DNA of 64,000 bases, from assembly GCA_013239625.1 (NCBI GenBank), contig MU054323.1, positions 2,170,001 to 2,234,000 of the forward strand. Direction: 5' to 3'. Source of the stretch: Lama guanicoe. Taxonomy: Eukaryota. Below, piece by piece: positions 26,633 through 39,035 of the stretch (positions are counted from its first letter, which is position 1; each line of letters starts with the position of its first letter). The notes beneath the pieces are model-generated. The model had not been told where the DNA came from, did no database searches, and worked only from the letters and a program-made list of their open reading frames with translations. A program made the translations under genes and the position numbers.

Positions 26633-29250
26633 TTTACAGGAAGTGTGGATTTTGATAGATGGATATGGAAAAGGGAAAAATTTTTCCAGCAAAATATGCC
26701 CTGAGCAAAGGTGTGGAGGTGGAAGTACATATAGACTCTGTCTGTGGAATGACTTTTCTCGTTGTTCGACAAAGACATTTTGGTTGTAGTTTTTAAAACA
26801 TGAAGAATGAGTGGGTGAAGTTTCATATTTCATCTAGATTTTTGGATTAAAATGTGGATATTATTCAAATTGGATATGAAATGACAAGCATCTCACACCG
26901 TTTCTTTCCTACAAATGTGATTCTAATGTAAGTCTTCAATCCTGCCAAGGAGAAAAATGTCAAATATTTTTGTAAACAAACAGCTGATAGGAATGCTAGG
27001 TTTATTTAAGTTTTGAAAATCTGTGTAGAGGAAGTAGGACCCTGTAGTTATGAAATCAAACAGCTATATTAGGAATTCTTTCCCCAAATCAGGTATTTAC
27101 AGTAAACGTTTCTGTGGAATGTTGGCTGCTTTCTGTACACTTGTGAGGTGATTTTGTTTCATCTTGAAAAGAGTAGAGCATTAAAACAGAGAGTACTGTG
27201 AATATTTTATTTTAAATCCTACATGCTTTTTATTTTAGGGAAGAAAAAGTAAAAACTTTGGAATCCAGTAGTATAATATAGCATAATGTGGTATAAAAAA
27301 GAATGCCCATATGTTTAATGCCCCACAAATGGAACTTCAGAAAACCACAGTAGCTCTTAAATGGTGCATTGAGAGAATAAAAACATGATTCAATCTCGAA
27401 AGCATTCCTGCTGGGTGGCTAGGCCTTACTTTGCTCAAGAGTAAACCAGATCTTATACAACCTTTTATAGAGTGAGGCCTAGATTATTCCATTATGCTTG
27501 CAAAAATGTGGAGAAGGAGCTAAGTGTTTCAGCAAATTTTTAAGCTAATTGAATCAGTAAGGCAGAAGCCAAAGAAGGGAGAAGTTTGAATTCTGGGCCT
27601 TTGCTTTGGGCAGCGATAATTAGAGGCTAATACGTAAAACATGAATTACAAATGCCTGTTTGCTTGTCTGTCTTCTTGACTAAACTGAGTTCCTTGAAGA
27701 AGTGGACTTTGGCTTATATATATATTTCTGTCTGTGGTGACCAGTCCATGCATGGGATGGGACATAGTGGGCCACTAATAATTACAAGATTGGAGGGAAG
27801 GAAAAAAAATATATCTCTTTAGAGCAGAAGAAAATAGCAATAACAATAAATAAGGGAGAAGAATAAACCAAAATGTTCAAGATGAAATAAAAGGGAATCT
27901 TGGCCTTGGGAAATGAAGGATTCTTCAGTGTTTGTTAGCTTTCATAATATTCTATTTAAAATACATCCAGATTATTAAGCTTCTGGTTTTGTCTGGGGGT
28001 AAAGTTTTGTGAAATAGGGGTTTTTACATTTCAACGAACAAAGAGGTCGATCCTCGAAATTAAATACAGATTATCACGAAGTTTGTCCTTTGGGTACCAG
28101 TGTACTAGGTGATGCTGTCTCCTGGGACCTTTAGATGCTGGAATTTGGCCCATTACACAAATACAACTTTTTACTAAGTTGACATTTTCGTACTAGCTTC
28201 CTGGTTGTCCATCCTGGGGACAAACAGTCTGATGTAGTGTAGGGAGAGAATGGTAGAACCCTGGAAACTATTACATTTGTCATTCTGGAGTAGTGGGTGG
28301 GTTCATATATCAGAGTTTATTTTCCTGTGTGTGTGTGTGTGTCTTTGCCTGTTTGACTTACTAAGTCCATTAATACCCAAAGTGAAAGAAAATTAAGAAA
28401 AAGGAGTTGTATTCTCCTCTTCCCAGTATCAGTTTATAACATCAAAGCAAAGACTCAGAGACTGATGAAATATTTAGCAATCAGTTTTCTGTCTCTGCTT
28501 TTAAGCGTGCTGCTGGTTTATAATAGCGCCTTGAGAAAGTTTGTGTGGTTTAAACACAGATTTTTACACTTTAAATTAAGACCATAATCTCAGTTTTGGA
28601 GTGGGGAATTCCTAAGATAGCTTTGTTTTTTTAAAACATGAGGTCGCTGAAATGGTAGACAATTAATCCCATGTGCTTTAATTGTCATCTGAAAACATAA
28701 AGAATAAAGTGTGGCATTTCCTTTTTATCTTTTTCCTTTGGCTTTGTTTTAGAAAAAATAATTTCCTTATCAATTCTACAGACATAGTGCTAGCTTATAT
28801 CTTAAGAGGGGATGCTATCAGTTTTAGTACATTTACTGAAGTTAAACTATCTATATTGAGTAAGAGAAGGAAACTTTCTTGGCATCAAACCCAAACAGAA
28901 TCTTAGTAAAATTTACAATAAATCTACTTGATTATTGCGTTATGTAAATGCTCCTAATCCTACAGATTGCTATTAATGTGATATCCTTTTTATATTTTGA
29001 TATCGTAAGCACAGAATGTGGCACAAAACTGAAAAATGGGATTCATTCATTTGAACGTATTTAGTTCTTAGTTTTTGTTTTTCTTAGCTATGCTAGAGAT
29101 TGTAGCTAGGAGAATTCTCTAGTTTTTATATTCTTTAGGTGTAATGTAAATGTATTTCTTTTTTGTGGCGAGTATATGGAAACACATCATATTAGATATT
29201 TTTGTGAGATTAATCAGGAAATTTTGGGTATTTATTTGATTTTATAAATA

Positions 29251-29487
29251 TTTATTGTTTAAAGTGAAAGTAGATTTATTCAGGGAGATACACACCCCAC
29301 AGACAGAATGCGGTCCGTCTCAGAAGGAGGATTGCCCTAGAGAATGGGATCCTCTCAGAAAAATGAGAGTAGCTCCAGAAGATAAATATACATGCCATAG
29401 ACAGAACGTGGGCCCTCTCAGGAGGGCAAAGAAGAAAGGCAGCCCCAGGGGATGGAGTTGTTAGTTCTTATGGGCTGGGTAATTTCT
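29251..29487 (-). mobile_element. Internal fragment of an ERV1-class LTR
   Basis: tttattgtttaaagtgaaagtagatttattcagggagatacacaccccacagacaga...gttagttcttatgggctgggtaatttc resembles a recalled artiodactyl LTR. Both LTR ends are missing. Confidence 0.55.
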
Positions 29488-29900
29488 TTATTCTTTCTTC
29501 CCCCCATTTACAAAATAGAAGTGCAGTTGATTTACAATGTTGTATTAGTTTCTGGTGCACAGCATAGTGATTCAACTATACCTATGTATTTATATACATA
29601 TTCTTTTTCATTATAGGTTATTACAAGCTAATGGGTATAGTTCCCTCTGCTATACAGTAGGACTCTGTTGTTTATCTATTCTGTACGCAGTAGTCTGTAT
29701 CTGCCAATCCCAAACTCCTATTTATCCCACCCTCCCCCGCCTCCACCCCCAGTAACCGTAAGTTTGTCTTCTATGTCTGCAAGTCTCTTTCTGTTTTGTA
29801 CCTAAGTTTGTTTGTGTCTTTTTTTTTTAGGTTTTACATATAAGTGATATCATATGATATTTGTCTCTGACTGACAGACTTCACTTAGTATGATAATCTC
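29488..29900 (-). mobile_element. 5'-truncated L1 3' end (same group as 10249-10692)
   Basis: gaagtgcagttgatttacaatgttgtattagtttctggtgcacagcatagtgattca...ataagtgatatcatatgatatttgtc...ttcacttagtatgataatctc. Confidence 0.9.
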
Positions 29901-30499
29901 TGAAATTATTACTTAAATGTGGAGGAAGTTACTGTCCAGATTTTAAAACTGTAAATGTTCTTGATTTAGAACAACAACCAACAAAAAATATAACTCTGGA
30001 TCACTCAATATACTTTAACAATTTCATTCAGCAAGAATTATAGACTATTACAAGGAGTGGACTGGGCCCTAGGGTACTGACTCTGCCTTCAACAGAGGCA
30101 TAACCTGTTCCCTTCTTAAGTCATCCCTTCATCCTCAGGCTTTGAATGTCACTCTTATGGGCTCCCATAGCATCCTGTGTATACCTCCATCCCTGGATCG
30201 AGTCTCCTGTTTTGAATTTGTTTATTTATATGTTCATCTTCTCAACCAGACTCAGATTTTTCAAGTGCAAGAGCAATGCTTCTTTTAATCTTATGTCTCA
30301 AGCCAAAATACATAGGTTCTGGTACAAAAGATTTTTAACTGATTCCCTACTTTGGGCCATTAAATTGCTTCCCATTTCTCCCATTTTGTCATATATAACA
30401 CTGCAATGAATATTTTTTCATATAAAGCTTTGTTTGATTTATCAGATTCACTTAGTATAATCATCATCATCTTCTTTCATATTTATGTAAATAAAACAA

Positions 30500-30655
30500 A
30501 ATATATTTGTATATTAGGTACACTGCTAAATCCTTTGCATGGGTTATCTTAATTAATCCTCATAATAACCCTCTGAGCTGATTACTATCCGCATTTTACA
30601 AATGAGCAAACTGATGTTTAGAGAGATGAGCAGCTTGTCCAGGGCTACACAGCTA
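30500..30655 (-). mobile_element. MIR SINE
   Basis: ttaatcctcataataaccctctgag...attttacaaatgagcaaactga. Confidence 0.75.
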
Positions 30656-31559
30656 TATTTTTACTTATTCATTATAATTCAGAGTTGACAACGATTTTAA
30701 AAATTATTGAAATACTGAATGTGCTATAGGAAAGAAAAATTGTTTCTCTATAGTTGTCAAAGCTTTACATCACTAGTCTCCGTAGCATGTGGCACGTGTG
30801 CCTTACTGTTTCTCCCGAGGGGAGTTCTGGGCGTGTGCCGAGCAAGAAGAACACTATGGCAGCTCAGCAACGTGGACCATCTTGGTCTTCAAGTTGTCTT
30901 AACACATCTCCTTGACAGGAAGTATGCCACAGAAGAAGATGGCCAATCCTGTTAGGTCACACCAAGAACATTTGATGGGCCAAGAACGCCTCACTCTTGT
31001 GGTGTTAAAGCTGTGATGTAGGTTTGGTCCGTGCATTGACTCTCCCTAGTTTGTTTGTGAGTCCTCTGACAAGCAGTGGGGACTGTTGTCTCGATTCAGC
31101 CATGGGTATATCTTAGAAGCACAGGTAGCAACAGAAAGCAAGGAAAGAACTGCTGGCTCAAGGAAGCTAACTGACCAGTGGAGACTTCCCAGAATTAATC
31201 GCTGTATGCCCTGTGTGACTCTGTCTGAGAAGCATGGGCCGAGGATTCCTATATTGGTGCCTCTTTACACTTGCCCTAATCCTCCAATAAATGTAGTATG
31301 CATTAAATAGAATAGAATGAACTGAAGAGTGTTAATGGTGTAGGAAGAAAGAGTGTCCTTGGCATGATGTAGTGGAACAAGGGACCAAAGACCTATGTTA
31401 GCATCATGGAGTAAGTTGTGTGTTTCTAAGTAAAATTTATCTACTGTACAGAAGTTTTCATTTCTTCATCTATAGAATGAGGAGGCTGACAAAATAATGT
31501 GCTAATGTGCTAAATTTTCTTCTTACTTTTGAGTTGGTGTAATGGAGTGTTCTAAAATA

Positions 31560-31770
31560 ATGTTTAAGAGCTGATGGTTCTGATTTAGACAAAAAGCATG
31601 TTTGAATTCTGGCTCTACAACTTACTAGGGTTTTGAACTTGGCCACATTACTGAAGTTTTCTAGGCCTCAGTTTCAATTTCTATAAAATGGACCTGATAA
31701 TACTTTTCTCATTTGGTTGTGATAAGGATTAGTTTAGGAATATGCAGAGCTGAATGCCTAACATACATTC
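31560..31770 (+). mobile_element. MIR SINE
   Basis: tttgaattctggctctacaacttactag...ttggccacattact...ggcctcagtttc...taaaatgg. Confidence 0.7.
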
Positions 31771-31884
31771 TACAGAAATGAGGGCATGGCCATGATGATG
31801 ATGAGATCTGTGATTCTGTTTATCCCAGGAGTTTGCTGTAATAAGTCATATCATATGTTCAGTGTCAGGGTGCTTCCTAGTCTA

Positions 31885-32333
31885 TGCATTAGTTCCCTAG
31901 AGATGCTGTGACGAAGTGGCACAAATTGGGTAGCTTAAGACAATAGGAATTTATTCCTATAGTTCTAAATGCTGAAAGTCTTAAACCCAGGTGTTGGCAA
32001 GGCTGGCTTCTGAACATTCTAAGGTTATCTCCTAGCTTCTGAAGGTCCCTGGTCATCCTTGGAATTTCTTAGTTTTTGGCAGCATCAAATTTTGCTTCTG
32101 TCTTTGCAAGGCCATCTTTCCTCTGTGTACATCTGAGTTCCTGTATCTTCAGATGCCCTTATTTTAGGGACACCAGTCATTGTAAATCATTTAGGGCGCA
32201 CCCTAATAAAGTATGCCCCTATTGTAACTTGATTACCTCCTTGAAGACTCTGTTTCCAAATAAGTTCACATTATGAGGTACTAGGGGTTAGGATTTTAGC
32301 ACATTGTTTCAGGAAACACAATTCCACCCACAT
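31885..32333 (-). mobile_element. MLT1C/D-like LTR
   Basis: cattagttccctagagatgctgtgacgaagtggcacaaattgggtagcttaagacaatagg...tttccaaataagttcacattatgaggtactaggggttagga...acacaattc. Confidence 0.8.
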
Positions 32334-33717
32334 TAGTCTATATACACAAATATAAAGTAATGATAATCTAATAGTGATGATCAGGGGTTATGCAAAGTCA
32401 GACTATAAATGAGTGATTTGGGCAGGTTCACGCTGATTTATCTATATGTCAATTGCTTCTAAAAATGAACCATCAGGGAGGATACTCTCAAGTCATAGAT
32501 CACTAGTCATCCACGTTTTCCAATTTTGGGGGGGTGTCATCTGTATTCCTAAATGAGTGTTGATTTCCATAGAAATTTTGATTTTGTCTGTCTTTGGGAA
32601 TGGTGACTACTGAGGGTAAACTCTCTTAGAGTTCCAGGGAACTTGAAAATGATCCATTTTCTGAATGGCTACTAATCATATGTACATTGGGTTGTGCAGC
32701 AGGTAATCAGATAAGAGCGATTTGTTATTATTCTAGTGCTCTGGCTTTGGTGTGGGCCCCCCAGGCAGCTTAGAACTGTTTCACCTGCAAGCCAGCCCCA
32801 CTGGCAAGAGCTGGGTCTTAAGGCCACAAGACAAATCCCAGCGGCACCACCATTCCTTTCTGAACTACTGAGCAGGAATCCTTTGATTTAAAGCCCATCA
32901 GCATCGAGCCTTAAATTGCCATTTCCCCAGCAAGTGTGAGTTTTGGGGGAGTAGTTCTCAAAGTCCCCAAGATATACAGTCTCCAGAAGGATGCCAAAGA
33001 ACTGTGACATTTAGGAAGGGCTCTGGGCTAAGAAAAACATCTTTCCTAAGAACCTCTAAGTTTTCTCGCTCCTCAAACACATGAATTAATGATCCCATGT
33101 GTGAGTTTCAGAGCCAGCCTAAGATGATGTCTGACAAGCTATCTTCGATTTATTTTCTCTTGTGTCCAATGTGCTTGGAAAATAATATTTTGTTGTTGGC
33201 TAATTTGTAATTTCAGTCCTACTGATGAATGTCTAAGGTTGCCAAATACCTACTGTTTTCTTCTCTTATAAACATATCTGAAATGTTGTCTGTGGATCTA
33301 AATTCCAGGGTCAACACTCTTCCAAGGTCAAAGCATGACACTGAAGCTGCGTTATTTCCACTGAGGATTCGTGTTTAACTCTGGCTGTTTTCCTCTATTC
33401 ATTGCTGAAATCTTGTGATTATAATAAAGCCCTCTCTTGGCTCTAAAAATCTATATTTATATCTGCAACAGTATATTATTTCTTTGAATATATACAAATA
33501 TTTTAATGAGATAAAATATTTAATGAACAGATTAGAAAGACTAGAAATAAGAATAATGGTAGATTATTTTCCAGGAATAATAAGCCATCTTTTTTTTTTT
33601 CTCTAAGAGCTTCAATTTCCCCACTTTTTCTCTTCAGTACTCAATATTCTTGAACTTTTGCATTCGATTAACACTTGTAGACCCTGCTAGGTTTTAACAT
33701 TTTTGATTTTTTATTTA

Positions 33718-34080
33718 TGTTTTCCTTCATGGTATCTTTTCCGATTTCTTTTTTCACCCTTCTGTTTTCTTTTCTCTCTCCTCCCCTCTGTTTTTCCTAC
33801 TTCTCTTCCTTTCTACCTTTTTCACCTCTTTCACAAATTTAAAAAAAAAGTATATCTCAAGATTAAAAAGGAAAAAAGAAGAAGAAGAAAAAGGAAAAGG
33901 AAGGGGGATATAGGTGGAGGAGGAGGAGAAGGAGAGGGATAAGGATAAGAGGAGGAGGAAGAAGAAGGAAGGAGAGGAAGAAGAAACAGGAGGAGGGAGA
34001 GAGAGAAACAGAGACGTAAGGGGAAAGAAAAAGAAGCATAAAGTGGCAAGTTGGGAAGAAGGAAACAGGGAAGAATACAG
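33718..34080. repeat. Polypyrimidine tract followed by a long polypurine tract
   Basis: CT-rich at 33718-33835 and GA-rich at 33864-34080. Confidence 0.9.
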
Positions 34081-35080
34081 TACCAAGAAATCCAAGCCCT
34101 AATATTAGTGGGCAACATACTTAGCTTTGAATTTTATGCCATAAACAGTAAAAGAGTAAAATGACTGTTTGCAAATGTACATTGTCCCTAACATAAAATC
34201 ATACCATTTGCTTCACAAAATGGGAAAATAATAAAGTTTGGACTTAAGGTAAGGATTTCTTAAATAAATAACTTTCCCTAAATTGGCTTTTAACCAACCA
34301 AAAATTTAGATGTATTAATTTCAATTCAGTGGAAAAGACTGAGGCAGGTTATGCGCCCAGCGTTGACCACTCAGGGCAAAGCAGGGAGCACCAGAGGGGA
34401 GAGTGGAGGGTCCAGAGTCCCAGGACCAGGGTCTAGGTGTTTCTGTCACTTACATGTTGCATGACCTCAGGCAAGTCTCATCCCTTGGCACCTCAAGAGG
34501 ATAATAAAGAATAAAGTTCAAATATATTTGCAAGTGTTATTACCAGTTGTTAATTACTGTCTCTCGAAATTACTGTGTAAGTAAGTGTATTATAAGTCTC
34601 AGATGATACCATGTAGTAACGCTGTTAAAAAATGTGATTCCCTCTATTTAGTTAATTTAGTCCATTAAGTTTTTCAAAAAACTTGTTTTTAAAGTTAAAG
34701 GCTTTTTATTGTCTGATTTTCAGGTCACAATTTCTGTTGAAACATATAAAAAAAACTAAATGCATATGGAGGGCATCCACTGGAACAGCTCAATATTCTT
34801 TCAGATTACTTTAAAAAAAAAAAAGGGAGAGAGAACAAAAAACTTACAACAACACCTGCTATTCGGCAGAATTTGACCTGACCCCTTTCTCCTTTTCTTG
34901 TTATTATAAACATCAAGCTCTTTAAGTGAGAGCTGTTTAAAGGATCGAGGGCTGTGAGTGTTCCTTCCTAGATCCCAGATGCACTGGGAGACGGATGGGC
35001 TTTTTGATCTTTATTTTATGAGTGTCTGATAAATTGCCTCTGGCACCTGGCAACTGAAATTTCACTATCTGAAAACTAAC

Positions 35081-35204
35081 CCTCGTGTCAAACAATGTGG
35101 CCAGCCTCGGCCTCTCAGCCTGGGACCTGCGGAGCTGGGCGGAGGACGCCTTCCACTTCCTGGACAGGTCCACCACCGTGCTCAGCGATTTACATACTTT
35201 TAAT
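35081..35204. promoter_or_regulatory. GC/CpG-rich patch: candidate regulatory element or minus-strand exon
   Basis: Seven CpGs in ~110 bp, a GC box GGGCGG at 35137-35142 and an ETS core ACTTCCTG at 35155-35162. Minus-strand splice-like borders with one open frame. Confidence 0.3.
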
Positions 35205-36656
35205 CTTACAGGGAAGAAAGGATTATCAAAGGCTTTACATGCTCTGCAAAAATGTGTTTTTGGAAGGGTTTCATCATAGCTTTTATTTTGGGATTTTTGA
35301 ACAAGTCAAATAAAGGCTTCAGCACACTGCCTAGCTGAAAAAAAAAAATGCTGGTAACAGGATAAAGATTTGCAGCTCTGGGTCGTGGGCCTCCCCACCC
35401 CAGGCTCAGTCTGTGTGTTGATACAAGAGAAATGCAGGTGGTCTTTTTCTAGGGACAGAAGAGTTATAAACAAAGTCATCAGCTGGGGCTATTATCACCT
35501 TTCTTTTAACGTCTTATCCAGAGGCAAGATTAACTCAGCCCCAAGAAAGAGCTTATATTTTCTCTATTTATAGACACTCGAATATACGCAGATTTTTAAT
35601 TGTTAAGAAGAGAGAAAAAGAATGATACCAACACTTCCACTTCGGCTTTCTCCTTGAAGAAAAATGAGAACAGTGGTAGACAAAGTATGAAACGCCCCAA
35701 ATCTTCCAAGGAGTGTGTCATCTGAAGAGAGTGGGATGCAGGCCCCCCCACCTGAGACATGTGTGTGTGTCGCTCTTTACCTCTTCCTCTGCTTCCTAAA
35801 TGTGTTGGTTTAAACATCCTTGTTACCCAGGGAAGATGGTACGCTCAAATTTGTTCTCTTCCCCCAAACTCAGAGGAGATTGTAGTTAATCTTGTAAAGT
35901 TTCCTTGTGGTTTGCCACTTTGTTTTCCAGGATATCTTACAGAGGTCGAATACTTTTGGCTGGATGTATTTGGGTTTCCACAGGCTGAAATTTTGTTTAA
36001 TTTTTTTTTTTTTTGCAGCCCGTAAGAGAGTTCTATGTTAGGCTTGGCTATCTGAAATACAATAAATCTGCTGTAAAAACAGAAACGCCCTAGGTCAATC
36101 ATTTATTTATCTAGCAGCATTTATTAGTAACAAGCAAAATTTATTATGCTTAACTCTGAGTATGCAGAAGTAGATTGGATATATATTTTGCCCTCAAGGA
36201 GCTCATAGTCTCACAAGAGAGGCACATATATAAACACAAGTAAGTAATACCGTTTTTGTCATTGTTTTCTTAGAAATCCATATTTGATAGAATGAAGCTA
36301 CAGAGGAAGGGAGGGGAAGTTTAGAGGTGACTTTCATGCTAAGTCTTGAGAGCTGAGTAGATATTCTTCAGGAGAGCAAGGCAGATAGGGCAAGAGATAC
36401 AAAGGGAGCCCCCAGAGCAGAGCATCCATTCCATGGACATAATGAGCAGTAAACAAGTTGCAATATGTAAGGTGCTTCAAGCAGGGTCTGGCATATACTA
36501 AGTGTCAATTTCTTATTTCTGACAATTCCCCCAGATGTATTTTAGCGTATTGAACATATTCATGTTACAAATATGCATTGTCCCATTTGTTTAACTTTCC
36601 ATCTGATTTCTGGCCACGGGATTTTTAAATTCACCTGATTATAGTGACCTGAAACC

Positions 36657-36895
36657 TTTTTATTTATTTTTTTTTTTGTCGGAAGTTCTTTTTAATGAAT
36701 CTTCTTTTTTTTTTTACATTTTTTATTGATTCATAATCATTTTACAGTGTTGTGTCAAATTCCAGTGTTCAGCACAATTTTTCACTCATTCATGGACATA
36801 TACACACTCATTGTCACATTTTTTTCTCTGTGATATATCATAACATTTTGTGTATATTTCCCTGTGCTATACAGTGTAATCTTGTTTATCTATTC
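36657..36895 (-). mobile_element. Young camelid-type L1 3' end, severely truncated, with two poly(A) tracts
   Basis: acattttttattgattcataatcattttacagtgttgtgtcaaattccagtgttcagcac...ccctgtgctatacagtgtaatcttgtttatctattc; T tracts at 36657-36677 and 36705-36715. Confidence 0.8.
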
Positions 36896-37737
36896 AACGT
36901 GTCTGCTACTTCCCAGGCTGAGAGATTGGCAACCTTATTAATGTCTCTGAACTCAGCACAGTAAAATGAGTTATCCAAAATCTCCTGGCTAGTCAGTGAT
37001 CAGGACAAGCTAAACTCCAGGTCATCTGTTCCCAAACAAGACCAAGAGGTGAAGAATCAGGTTTCATGGTTCACTAGGTGCTGGTGGCACTCCGGCCCCC
37101 AACACCTTAAACAAGTTTTCCTTTCTGGTGAACACATTATTTGAATACATATGTGCTGAGCATCGACACTTAGTTATTTCACAGGGATAGAATGGAAATC
37201 GGTCCTTCTCTTCGAGGAGCTTTTATACTGTTGATGGCTGGGGAGTGGGAATGGGAGTAGGAGTGAGTGACAGACAGAAAAGCCAGCTTTAACACAGTGT
37301 AACAAGTGGGAAGAAAGGAAAAGTGAATGTATTTTAAGTTTCTTTTCCACACTTTCCCTTTTTTTTTTTCTGTGACTTTTGGAACTTAGGCATATGAATG
37401 TCTGTTTCCAAGTTTTCAGCTTTTGCTTGACTTAAAGTCACAGATCTCATTTTTTTTTCTTTTCCAAAGATACTGCTCTAGCCTCCATGGAACAGAGACT
37501 GAAACATACCATTCTCTTGTCCGTCAACTCTGAGAAGGTGGGAAGAAGGTGGACTCTCCCCATAGGCTTTAAGAAGTTTGGAGTGTAGATTCAAAGGGAA
37601 ATCTCTGAGACTTCTCGAGTTGGTCCTTCAGCATTCTTACAAGTCTCCCTGCAGAGATCAGAAGGCAGGGTCCCATGGCGCATTTTTATCTCCTCACCTG
37701 CCACCAGGACAGCGCAGTTACGTATTGCTTCATGTGC

Positions 37738-37943
37738 ATGTCCATGCTTCTGGTTTCCAAGGGATAGTGGCAATGCAAAAAAAGGGTTGGATGCTCAATT
37801 CTTTTCTCTCCACAATAAGCTGTCTCTGCATGTTTACGTGTGGATGTGTGTTTACTCACCCACACCACAGATACACTTGACAGATACATGCATATACACC
37901 ACATGCTCTGAGTGTGTGATCCCATTACACCCTTCCCTGGACT
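37738..37943 (+). repeat. Left arm of a ~200 bp inverted repeat
   Basis: Aligns by eye to the reverse complement of 39036-39237 (roughly 85% identity, a few indels). Long exact blocks include tgtgtgtttactcacccacaccacagatacac and taagctgtctctgcatgtt. Confidence 0.95.
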
Positions 37944-38492
37944 ACCTTAAGCCTGGACTCACCTGAGAATTGAAACAGCCACACCAAAGCCCTGTTTCCT
38001 CTGAATATAATTTAATTAATTTACTAAAATCGAGATGTAGGACATATTTCCTCATTAATTGTCACTTCCAGTGAAGGACATTTCAAGCCATGTAGGATTT
38101 AAAGTCCTGAGTGAATTGACTTTGTCCACACACACAGCAAAAACTTGGTTTATTTATTTTTTTCAGTGAGGGTGAAGAAAACTAATGAGAAACATGTGAC
38201 TGTATCATTGCACAGGCATACCTGATAGGTGTGTTACAAATACTTGGCTTTAAAAAATTTGGATTCAAAGGCTATATATTGGACCCTTCTGAATATGTAC
38301 TAGATTTCACAAAGATAAGGAACTTACATTGTTAGTTGTTTGCACTGGCATGTAGAGGGTTTACAAGGAGCTGCCATTTAACAGCCATAATTCTCATGTT
38401 CATAGAAAAAAACAATGCTTGTAAAAGTAAGAATGACAACTAATAGGGAATGAAAAGTGTTAAAAAATCACTATAATCTGGTTTCTCTTCAG

Positions 38493-38544
38493 ATCGCATA
38501 GATCTATCTCCTTTTACTAAAGATTTCTGTGGAGAGGAACAATT
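38493..38544 (+). other. Candidate 52-nt cassette exon inside the inverted-repeat loop
   Basis: Acceptor aatctggtttctcttcAG, donor ATT|GTGAGT, branch-like CTAAT at 38440-38444. Only one frame is open (RIDLSPFTKDFCGEEQ). Confidence 0.4.
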
Positions 38545-39035
38545 GTGAGTTTTTACTCAATTTTTTGAGGACTTACACTTGCAAGACTAATAATGATACT
38601 GAAAAATAGACAGTTGAAAGAAATAAAAATAAATACAATCACTGTCCTCAGCCCTCCCTCCAGATTTCTCTCCTCTCTTTGAGTCAGAAAAGCTGTCAGG
38701 AATAAGCTGAATCCTATTGCGCTAAATGAAAATAGCGGGTTCCTTTTTGTTTGGGTGGGGAGGGTACATCTTCTTTTCCTTGGTGATACAGTGATAGTTA
38801 AGCTGGACCTTGAAGTAAGGGGTACTTCAAAAAATATTTGCCGAATGAATGGAATGTCTACGTAGTCTGCTGATACGTGGATTATTTACCTAGGTGACAT
38901 GGAAATTAGGCTACTGTTGGCTTAATTTGCACAATGCATGATTTAAAGACGTATCTCCCTGCTGAAGACATCAGGCAAGAGAACCTAACAGAGCAAAAAC
39001 GGAGGCCTGTGACTACAACCAACTTAATCTCTCTC

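Noticed and set aside
34385..34405. CTCF-like motif (gcaccagagggga)
   Set aside because: Only a partial match at the edge of a MIR-like relic; not supportable without a PWM scan or ChIP data.
35941..35984. 44-nt minus-strand exon candidate (LWKPKYIQPKVFDL)
   Set aside because: Poor polypyrimidine tract, and its phase is incompatible with the 35081-35204 candidate.
36195..36215. miR-28/miR-708-like sequence (aaggagctcatagtct)
   Set aside because: It is an ordinary L2 tail motif with no complementary hairpin arm, and it diverges from the mature miRNAs.
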